Under the pieces are notes generated by a model, which ran no database searches, had not been told where the DNA came from, and saw nothing but the letters and a program-made list of their open reading frames with translations. This document shows positions 8,293-15,116 of a DNA stretch of 26,233 bases, piece by piece (position 1 is the first letter of the stretch; the number at the start of each line of letters is the position of its first letter). The stretch covers positions 1 through 26,233 of IMG/VR virus record IMGVR_UViG_3300032270_001987; one strand, given 5' to 3'. The DNA is from a virus (lineage: Duplodnaviria > Caudoviricetes). Both the position numbers and the translations under genes were made by a program.

Positions 8293-9051
8293 TTACTTTT
8301 TAGTAAATACCGTAAACCCGTATGTATCTGAGTTGTGATACGTGTAACCATCTTTTCTATTTAGCAATTGATGCGCACCGTAGTATGGGTGCATTTTTGC
8401 ATCATCTCTATATATCTTCCCAGAATGATTAGTTGACATTACGTAGAGAACCCCATTACTGGATAGAGCATCAACGCACCTGTTGAGTATTCCCAAATCA
8501 TAAACTGAATCCCACGCTGCCACCTGGATAAAATCATAACCAGAAGCATCCCCAGAGCCAATCTCGTCTCTTTCTACAACACTGTAATCAATATCCCTGT
8601 AGGATTCTGGTCCCTCAATGATTGATGAATCTCTTGCAAATGTTTCATAATTATAAAGCGACTGGGTATTAACAAAATGTATTTCTGTTTCTGGGTGTTC
8701 GTGTTTCAGTGAATACATTGTTGTCATTGCGTCTGGAGTAAAAAATAAAGCTTTTTTAGGTAATTTTGCAAAGGCATAACTAGCCAAGGCATCATCAGAC
8801 CTTGCAAGAAGTTCCTTGAATCCGGTTTGAAAATTTGAAATAAGGTCTATGTACCAGCATCCATCGCTACCACCACGAGCAGCGATACTCATATTAAGTC
8901 CTTCTACGCTCTTTCTCCACTCGGTAACGTTTAACGCCATTTCTGATATGAGGGAAAGTATTTCCTCTGTACTGTTGGGGAAAATCGACTCAATTGGATT
9001 TTTACCAATTAGTCTGGAAACCATGGCTGTTCTTAGTTGTCTATTGTCCAT
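8293..9051 (-). CDS. Hypothetical protein with class I SAM-methyltransferase-like C-terminal region
   Basis: GYDFIQV...CVDALSSNGVLYV resembles motifs II/III, followed by a terminal beta-hairpin (TYH...GFTVFTK). No Gly-rich motif I is visible. Confidence 0.55.
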   Translation of the reverse strand: MDNRQLRTAMVSRLIGKNPIESIFPNSTEEILSLISEMALNVTEWRKSVEGLNMSIAARGGSDGCWYIDLISNFQTGFKELLARSDDALASYAFAKLPKKALFFTPDAMTTMYSLKHEHPETEIHFVNTQSLYNYETFARDSSIIEGPESYRDIDYSVVERDEIGSGDASGYDFIQVAAWDSVYDLGILNRCVDALSSNGVLYVMSTNHSGKIYRDDAKMHPYYGAHQLLNRKDGYTYHNSDTYGFTVFTKK

Positions 9052-9364
9052 TTTTTACACCCCTAGCAAGACAGTAATTCCAGTACGCGTATCTTGCGCC
9101 TTCCGTTAGTGAAACATTTTGTTTTGACAAAAACGTATGAATCTTGTTTGAACCGTATGTCGCATCGCCACCCTGGCCGCGCAAGTCGGTTGCGTATTGC
9201 CAGAGTTTTCGTAATTTGACCACAGCATAATCTATTCTCATTGAATCAACCTCTTGTGGGTCAAAACCAACTATGTATGAAATAACGGCAAGCTTTTGTT
9301 CGTGGTACAACATGTCGGCTTCTGCGTCATAGAGATTTTCTTCACCAATATTTCTAGTTTTCAT
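9041..9364 (-). CDS. Small hypothetical protein (E-x10-G-F/I-D/E motif family)
   Basis: Overlaps both neighbours; contains HEQKLAVISYIVGFDPQEVD. Confidence 0.75.
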   Translation of the reverse strand: MKTRNIGEENLYDAEADMLYHEQKLAVISYIVGFDPQEVDSMRIDYAVVKLRKLWQYATDLRGQGGDATYGSNKIHTFLSKQNVSLTEGARYAYWNYCLARGVKNGQ

Positions 9365-9665
9365 TTGAAAAAATCTCCTCTACTAATTCATTCTTGGTGA
9401 AATCACCCTGTTCGGTAGATTCCCACGCCGCCTGAGCATCACTGGATTGAAGCAAGTCACAAAAAAATGAAGCTCCGTCCGGAAGTTCAAAAGAAAAAAG
9501 ATTTGGATTCCACTTTGGGACCTGTCTGTCTCTTTTTGGATTATGCATTGGCTCCTGAATGTTTGGATATTCTGGCTCCATGTCAGGGCATATTTCATAT
9601 CTTCCTGATGCTATAGCTGTCTCGACAATTGAAATTTTTGTTGGAACATCTGGCTTTATTCTCAC
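9354..9665 (-). CDS. Small hypothetical protein
   Basis: GTG start; tiles between neighbours on the coding strand; acidic. Confidence 0.7.
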   Translation of the reverse strand: MRIKPDVPTKISIVETAIASGRYEICPDMEPEYPNIQEPMHNPKRDRQVPKWNPNLFSFELPDGASFFCDLLQSSDAQAAWESTEQGDFTKNELVEEIFSNEN

Positions 9666-9674
9666 AAAAGCCTA

Positions 9675-9908
9675 CTAACTTTGTAGTCTTGCCAGAGCCG
9701 CCAGTTGCATCTTTAAACATTCGTAAGCATCATGCTGCGCGGCCAATGAGCTGTTCTCGTTAAGAGACATATCTATTGGGTTCGCCATGTCCGCATCAAG
9801 GTCTTCGTCTTCTATGCCCAAAGTGAACGCCAATGTATAAATGGAGTATTCAAGTATTTGAATTGCCTCTGCTTTGGCATTGGCGAGCTGCTCTATGGAA
9901 AGTGCCAT
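9675..9908 (-). CDS. Small acidic helical hypothetical protein (E-x10-G-F/I-D/E motif family)
   Basis: Contains LEYSIYTLAFTLGIEDEDLD; tiles with neighbours. Confidence 0.75.
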   Translation of the reverse strand: MALSIEQLANAKAEAIQILEYSIYTLAFTLGIEDEDLDADMANPIDMSLNENSSLAAQHDAYECLKMQLAALARLQS

Positions 9909-9918
9909 GTCTTAGAGC

Positions 9919-10155
9919 TTACTCCGAGATTCTTGTTTTAACGTTATTAATCTTTGAAAGAAAATCTGCAATCAATTTATGACTATGGATAATTCCATGC
10001 CCATCATTTCCTGGGACAAAGTTTTCGGCATCAAATGAATCTGGGTCAAAGCCCTCCTGAAGGAGGCGCTCCATCAGTTGTCTCTCGAGGTCCTTTAGGG
10101 TGCGCTGATAGACAAGCTTTTTTTCTTGTGTTGTAAAAGAAGATTCAAATTTCAT
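9919..10155 (-). CDS. Small helical hypothetical protein (E-x10-G-F/I-D/E motif family)
   Basis: GGAG Shine-Dalgarno 5 nt upstream; contains LERQLMERLLQEGFDPDSFD. Confidence 0.78.
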   Translation of the reverse strand: MKFESSFTTQEKKLVYQRTLKDLERQLMERLLQEGFDPDSFDAENFVPGNDGHGIIHSHKLIADFLSKINNVKTRISE

Positions 10156-10192
10156 AGCGGCTCCATAATCCCTGTGTTGGACAAGTACCCAT

Positions 10193-10198
10193 ATTTTA
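10193..10198 (-). promoter_or_regulatory. Candidate -10 box for the 10155-8293 sub-operon
   Basis: TAAAAT in the 45-nt intergenic gap, followed by a leader with GGAG. Confidence 0.35.
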
Positions 10199-10200
10199 CA

Positions 10201-10902
10201 CTACGGATTGGCTAATTTGGGCAGACCATCAAAACTTGGACCTATTTTATTGCCATCTGCGTCAATACCTGTACGAATTCCCTTTGTCCAAGTCCATGGG
10301 TTTTCATACCTATTTTTTGTTTTTAGCTCTCCGTACCTGACCCTCGACTCCATTAGTTCTTTATCATCCCATAGGTTTGAAGTGACTATCTCCGTATTCT
10401 CTAAAATTGAATTGTCATAAATATTAAAAAAACAAAAAGGTGTTCCGGCAGCAAAAGTGACAGGCTCTCCTATTTTTGTAATTTTCCAGTTCATTTGTGA
10501 TTCATCTGGCCACCAATAACTCGGCAATGTGGCAGTAAGCGGAGTTGCCCCATCCACAAAATAATTCGGTGAACCAGTAACCCAGGTGTTATACCCATCC
10601 TCGGTGTTTATTACCCAACCCATGTTTATGGAAATCATCCCAATAATTGACGATATGGCCTGGACTCTACCGGAAGACGTAATTTCTCCAGACAGAATGA
10701 CAGGTGGGGTGTTGCCGCCATCCCACTGAACAATCAAATCTTCCTCCATGACAATCTCCCACCCATAGACATTTGCGACAGTCATTGGGAGACATTGGTA
10801 TGCATGCTTGTTGTAGGTGTTATCCATCCACTCACGATTAAAACGGGATTGGTTTATCTCCGGAGATGTTTGATGGGTTTTTTTTAAAAATAATTTTGTC
10901 AT
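10201..10902 (-). CDS. DUF6065-like protein
   Basis: R.WMD....HAYQCLPMTVANVYGWEI signature, GSPN, MNWKIT, F..GTPFC. ATGA-coupled to the upstream oxygenase. Confidence 0.75.
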   Translation of the reverse strand: MTKLFLKKTHQTSPEINQSRFNREWMDNTYNKHAYQCLPMTVANVYGWEIVMEEDLIVQWDGGNTPPVILSGEITSSGRVQAISSIIGMISINMGWVINTEDGYNTWVTGSPNYFVDGATPLTATLPSYWWPDESQMNWKITKIGEPVTFAAGTPFCFFNIYDNSILENTEIVTSNLWDDKELMESRVRYGELKTKNRYENPWTWTKGIRTGIDADGNKIGPSFDGLPKLANP

Positions 10903-11630
10903 TTTTTGTAAATAAACCTTTCAACTTGATTCGCACTTGGGTCAACTATCCCAGGTCCATATTCGGCATCAGTGCCATCCATATTTTTCCCGTAACCCTT
11001 CCATTGCTTATGAAACCTGTCGTTGTAGTCAAACATGGTTACGGCAGCATACTTGGTTCCCCTGGTAACAGGTCTTGAAGCATGTGAATAGATAAAAGTA
11101 GATGGGAATAGGACAATATCCCCATACTTGGGTTTAAAAGTAATGTCGAGAAAAGGGAAAAACAACTCTCCACCTTCGTAGTCTTCGTTTAGATACATTA
11201 CGGAAGAAACTGTGCAAACATACGAAAAACCATGGTCTGCGTGTACATTGAAGTGCTGGCCCTCGTTGTACCTCACATAATTGATTGCCTCCATGAAGTC
11301 CATGCGGATGTTGTATCTTGATTCATAGTCCTGCAGACATGCAGTCAATCCTTTTACTGTGTCGTTATAAATATTTATCAACTCACTAAACTGAGTCGGG
11401 CAGTGCTCGAAATGTGCAGGGCTCATTTTGCAATCCACACAGTCTCTATAGTCCTTCATGACTTGGCCATCCCCAACGAGCGCCTGCATCCACGAATACG
11501 GAGGCGTATCGCTGTCGCCTATTGTCGCCTCAAGGCGCTCTGGTATTTTTAGGTTCTCATTAAGAACATTCCTATAGACTAAAAAACCAGCTTTTGGGTC
11601 CCCAATATATTCAATATCAATGTTTCTCAT
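10899..11630 (-). CDS. 2OG-Fe(II) oxygenase, prolyl 4-hydroxylase-like
   Basis: VRYNEGQHFNVHAD, YLNEDYEGGELFF, FPSTFIYSHASRPV, GTKYA (Lys at the 2OG-binding position, as in collagen-type P4H). Confidence 0.92.
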   Translation of the reverse strand: MRNIDIEYIGDPKAGFLVYRNVLNENLKIPERLEATIGDSDTPPYSWMQALVGDGQVMKDYRDCVDCKMSPAHFEHCPTQFSELINIYNDTVKGLTACLQDYESRYNIRMDFMEAINYVRYNEGQHFNVHADHGFSYVCTVSSVMYLNEDYEGGELFFPFLDITFKPKYGDIVLFPSTFIYSHASRPVTRGTKYAAVTMFDYNDRFHKQWKGYGKNMDGTDAEYGPGIVDPSANQVERFIYKK

Positions 11631-11634
11631 AGAA

Positions 11635-12168
11635 TCAAACTATAGCGCGAAACCATAAAGGAAACACCAACCTGCTTCCAGACAAAACACTGTCCACATA
11701 GTGGGAATACGAAATATCGCTAGGAAAGATAATGCAACTTCCAGCAACCGGTTGATAAGAGTAAGGCATCTTTGGAAAAACTAACTCCCCACCAGAAAAG
11801 TCATCATTAAAATAGACCACTGCCGATACGACGAAATCACTGCAACCATCCTTTGGTGTTCCATCCATGTTTTGGCTATCGGCATGTTCTTCTGGAGTAT
11901 GGCCAGGTAGAGTTTCAAATACGACCAATTTACTTTCAATTAGCTTTATCCCGAAAGATTCCTCTGCAATACTTCTGACTCTTTCACCTATGTCGCAAAG
12001 TAAACCGTATACAAAATCGTTAGCCTCAAGCATTGCTTCACCACTGTAATAAATGACACCGCTGTCACTCGAAATGGTTTTTTGGTGAACACCCATAGAA
12101 CGAATGCAGCCGACAATAGATTCGCATTCATTTTTAGAAACAAGACCGTACCTATGGAGTATCCTCAT
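11635..12168 (-). CDS. 2OG-Fe(II) oxygenase, prolyl 4-hydroxylase-like (clade B)
   Basis: HAD, YFNDDFSGGELVFP, FPSDISYSHYV, GSRL..PLWF. Confidence 0.9.
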   Translation of the reverse strand: MRILHRYGLVSKNECESIVGCIRSMGVHQKTISSDSGVIYYSGEAMLEANDFVYGLLCDIGERVRSIAEESFGIKLIESKLVVFETLPGHTPEEHADSQNMDGTPKDGCSDFVVSAVVYFNDDFSGGELVFPKMPYSYQPVAGSCIIFPSDISYSHYVDSVLSGSRLVFPLWFRAIV

Positions 12169-12172
12169 TGAA

Positions 12173-12799
12173 TTAAACTACGGAGTAAAATGATGGGGTT
12201 GTATATCTATTGCCACTTCTTATCATGGTTACACCATGTAGGTAATTGATGTCCCCTGGATGAGCGATTGCAAGTCCTGGTTTTGGCGTTACCGTTATCC
12301 CATGCTGAGGATAGAACAACTCGCCACCCTCAAAATTGTCGTTGTAGTAAAACAGCGAGTTTAAGTCGTAGTCAACGAAAGCGTTGGGCTCGCCATTATT
12401 TAGCTGCTTGTCGGCATGTGGGCGCTGCTCGATACCTGGACGCCACTTCATTATCACTGGTGGACGATGTAGTAGCTCAACGCTATAAATTTCTTCAAGC
12501 GTAGTTTGCATTTTCTTTATGTATTTTTCAATTATCTTAAAAACCGGCATCGAAAGTCTTTCCAGTATTTCGCTGCTGCACTGCCTGTCATTCCAGTAAT
12601 CTGCATTATAGAGGCATGTACCATCTTCTGCGTAGATACTCTCTTTTGAGTTGTTCCACTCATTTATGGTTGGACAAAAATCTTGGATGATAACTAGGTC
12701 TTCCTGGCTAATAAAGTTTTCAAAAATGTGTATGTTTTCTGGCCCTGAGCCAAAATGTCCAGGCTCTATTTTCCATGGGGATTCATTGCCAATTGACAT
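12173..12799 (-). CDS. 2OG-Fe(II) oxygenase, prolyl 4-hydroxylase-like (clade B)
   Basis: ENFIS, KWRPGIEQRPHAD, YYNDNFEGGELFYP, YLHGV, GNRYTTPSF. Confidence 0.92.
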   Translation of the reverse strand: MSIGNESPWKIEPGHFGSGPENIHIFENFISQEDLVIIQDFCPTINEWNNSKESIYAEDGTCLYNADYWNDRQCSSEILERLSMPVFKIIEKYIKKMQTTLEEIYSVELLHRPPVIMKWRPGIEQRPHADKQLNNGEPNAFVDYDLNSLFYYNDNFEGGELFYPQHGITVTPKPGLAIAHPGDINYLHGVTMIRSGNRYTTPSFYSVV

Positions 12800-12806
12800 G
12801 TTTATA

Positions 12807-12815
12807 ACGCTAGCA
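12807..12815 (-). promoter_or_regulatory. Extended -10 box, probable leaderless start of the 12799 gene
   Basis: TG-c-TAGCGT ends 7 nt before ATG 12799. No Shine-Dalgarno. Confidence 0.5.
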
Positions 12816-12869
12816 GGCTAGTTCGACCTGGACATGACTAAATCGTGCAATAAGACGTCCATACATGAC

Positions 12870-13001
12870 CTAAAAAACTTCGCTCTGCGTCGGCTTATTA
12901 ATGTTGAAACCCTGTTCCGAAAATGTTTTCTCCAAGGCATTGGCAATCCAAAAACCGGATGTCCTGGGTATGTGCAGGTGGTATATTTTTTTATAATTCA
13001 T
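12870..13001 (-). pseudogene. Truncated sulfotransferase paralog (43 aa; not in the ORF track)
   Basis: ATGA-coupled to the upstream sulfotransferase. Translates MNYKKIYHLHIPRTSGFWIANALEKTFSEQGFNINKPTQSEVF*, with the same 5'-PAPS loop motif as the upstream gene (YFLHIPKTSG). Confidence 0.75.
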
Positions 13002-13783
13002 TTTCTTGTTTCTATTATTTTTGCATATAGCTCTAAATCCAACTGTATTCTAGAGTTTATTTCTTTTTTATGTTGTTTACTTATTTGAAATGTTGGTTTT
13101 GGCGTTTCGTTAACTACTGAATTGTTGTTTGATATTTTAATTCCATATAAATCAAACAAAATATTGTTTATTCTTTCAACAAAAAGCGTTCTATTTTCTA
13201 CAGTTCCTATTATTATTCCATCTAACCTTTCACTTAACTCTAAATAGGACTTCGGCTTCTCAACAAAGAATGATTGATATCTAGCTTCAACTAGGTTTCC
13301 ATATAAATCCAAATATGGCTCATGTTCAATACACGCAATTTTTGAAAACAAAAAACATGACTGTGGATTATCGCACCCTGACATCCCTTCGAATTGGGTG
13401 TTGACTTCATTATCCCTACTTAGGAATAAGTCCAAAAATTCTTCTGTGAAATTTACGCCGGATTGCATAGCCGCATATTTGGCAGTACTCAAATATTGTT
13501 CAAATGGCTCCCTTATCAACGAAAAAGTTATAAGTTCATCAATAATGCTTATTGGATTACGGGCAAAGTGTCCGCAAATTATATTATATGAGTCGGATAT
13601 TTCTGGATTGAATACAAACTCAAACTCTCCAGGTACGTATACTTTTCTTTCTACATCTTGAATGTATGCATTGGGAAAATTTTTACTATTACTACTTTGC
13701 GATGCAGCAAGTAGGTCATACTGCATTTTCATCCCAGATGTTTTTGGTATATGCAAAAAATATAAATGTTTACTTTTTCTCAT
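12998..13783 (-). CDS. Sulfotransferase family protein (PAPS-dependent)
   Basis: YFLHIPKTSG (5'-PSB), ICGHF, LIREPFEQYLS (3'-PB), DNPQ, C-terminal LDLELY. Confidence 0.85.
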   Translation of the reverse strand: MRKSKHLYFLHIPKTSGMKMQYDLLAASQSSNSKNFPNAYIQDVERKVYVPGEFEFVFNPEISDSYNIICGHFARNPISIIDELITFSLIREPFEQYLSTAKYAAMQSGVNFTEEFLDLFLSRDNEVNTQFEGMSGCDNPQSCFLFSKIACIEHEPYLDLYGNLVEARYQSFFVEKPKSYLELSERLDGIIIGTVENRTLFVERINNILFDLYGIKISNNNSVVNETPKPTFQISKQHKKEINSRIQLDLELYAKIIETRK

Positions 13784-14393
13784 CCATCACAGCCATTTCC
13801 ATCAATATCCTGTGCTTTACCGGAGTCCAAAAATGTGGAGATGTGTATCTAACCCCAGATGTGACCTCTGTTACCCCATGGGCGTACATGTTTGTTGAGG
13901 GAAAAAATATTAATGTTCCGGCTTTGGGTTTTATGTGTATGTTGTATTTGGGGAAGAATAACTCTCCACCTTCATACTCTTCGTTGAGGTAGATAATCGA
14001 ACCATAATCAACTATGTAGTTATATCCAGGCCAACCGCCAGCAGTCTCTCCATCTGCGTGTATGTCTTGATATTCGCCTGGGAACCATTTTCGTATTCCT
14101 GGATTTGTTCTTTCAAGTTTTCTGCCAAACTTATATTCAACTTCATTTTGAACATTATCAACATACTGCTGCATGATTTTAAATATTTTGGGAGAATTGC
14201 TTTCAATTGAATTAGGCATATGAATACTATCTAGACCCAAAACACTTCGTGATTCCCAGTTATTCACTGAATGGCAATAATTAATTATTTCAGTAAGGTG
14301 TTCTTTGCTTATAAAATTTTCTTTTATAACTATGTTCGCCGGGTCGGCAAAAGGAAGACTGTCAAGTTCTACTGATTCGTTCCGGAAAACCAT
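13770..14393 (-). CDS. 2OG-Fe(II) oxygenase, prolyl 4-hydroxylase-like (clade B)
   Basis: ENFIS, KWFPGEYQDIHAD, YLNEEYEGGELFFP, YAHGVTEV, GVRYTSPHF. Starts 9 nt after the stop of the PPFF-repeat gene. Confidence 0.92.
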   Translation of the reverse strand: MVFRNESVELDSLPFADPANIVIKENFISKEHLTEIINYCHSVNNWESRSVLGLDSIHMPNSIESNSPKIFKIMQQYVDNVQNEVEYKFGRKLERTNPGIRKWFPGEYQDIHADGETAGGWPGYNYIVDYGSIIYLNEEYEGGELFFPKYNIHIKPKAGTLIFFPSTNMYAHGVTEVTSGVRYTSPHFWTPVKHRILMEMAVMDEKK

Positions 14394-14399
14394 CCGGAA
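14380..14399. promoter_or_regulatory. 7-bp inverted repeat/hairpin over the start codon of the first oxygenase
   Basis: The minus strand reads TTCCGGA-TGGTTT-TCCGGAA. The A of ATG is in the stem and the TG is in the loop. Confidence 0.3.
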
Positions 14400-14402
14400 A
14401 CC

Positions 14403-15113
14403 TTACTTAAATCCAGGACCGAATGGTGGAGGGAAGAAGGGTGGGAAGAATGGAGGGAAGAACGGTGGGAAAAATGGCGGAAAGAAAGGGGGGAAGAAAG
14501 GTGGGAAAAATGGAGGAAAGAAAGGAGGAAAATAAGGAGGAAAATACGGAGGGGCAACTGGAGTAACAGAGTTGGATGCTGCTGAAGTAGATGAACCAAA
14601 TGCGTTAGCGGCCGTAACGGTAAATGTATAAGCTGTTCCGTTTGTTAGACCAGTGACGGTTATTGGAGATGAACCAGTTCCAGTGATTCCACCAGGACTC
14701 GACGTAGCGGTAAAAGTAGTTACGCCTGTCCCTGCGGCTCCAGCAGTATAGGTAACAGTTGCTTGCGCGTTACCTCCAGCAGCAGAGACGCTGGTTGGTG
14801 TTCCTGGATTTTGACCAATAGCAACAGAGCCGCTCGTTACTGAATCTGAAGCCACTCCGTAATTCGTATTTGCCCTTAATGTGAATGTATAAGTTGTCCC
14901 AGCAGTTAACCCAGTTATTGTTATTGGCGAACTAGAAGCTGATGCACTAATACTTCCTGGGCTTGATGTAGCCGTATAGGTTATTGTGTCTTTCCCAATG
15001 TAATCAGAAGGAGTGAAGGCCACTGACGCAACTGTTCCTGCGCCAGTATTCGTCGCAACAACGTTTGTTGGTGTTGTTGGCTTTTTACCACCACTATCTT
15101 TTAACGATTCCAT
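14403..15113 (-). CDS. Two-FN3-domain putative virion protein with a C-terminal (PPFF)n repeat
   Basis: Two repeats of P.TPT.V.A...YTATSSPG.I....SSPITITGLT.GT.YTFT..A.N..G.S (fibronectin type III pattern), then PPYF x2, PPFF x8, PPPFGPGFK. Confidence 0.88.
   Translation of the reverse strand: MESLKDSGGKKPTTPTNVVATNTGAGTVASVAFTPSDYIGKDTITYTATSSPGSISASASSSPITITGLTAGTTYTFTLRANTNYGVASDSVTSGSVAIGQNPGTPTSVSAAGGNAQATVTYTAGAAGTGVTTFTATSSPGGITGTGSSPITVTGLTNGTAYTFTVTAANAFGSSTSAASNSVTPVAPPYFPPYFPPFFPPFFPPFFPPFFPPFFPPFFPPFFPPFFPPPFGPGFK
14433..14552 (-). repeat. 10 x 12-bp degenerate tandem repeat encoding PP(Y/F)F
   Basis: Units CCN CCN TWY TTY. All eight PPFF units differ from one another at synonymous positions. 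Confidence 0.95.
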
Positions 15114-15116
15114 GAT

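Noticed and set aside
7035-12872. TAG stop-codon reassignment (in-frame TAGs at 7035-7037 and 12870-12872)
   Set aside because: Several genes end in TAG at natural domain ends with the next gene immediately following (e.g. 23686, 3975). Long ORFs are uninterrupted, and read-through at 12870 gives no sulfotransferase-like sequence.
14423-14554. Purine-rich G-tract region as a G-quadruplex/triplex or CRISPR-like array
   Set aside because: Fully explained as the complement of Pro/Phe codons. There are no spacers or cas genes, and the G-runs are broken at wobble positions.
14305-14599. Alternative ORFs over the repeat (GGKKGGKN on the plus strand; His/Leu/Ser-rich frame on the minus strand)
   Set aside because: These are shadows of the PPFF frame. 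Variation between units is synonymous in the PPFF frame, whereas the other frames change residues.
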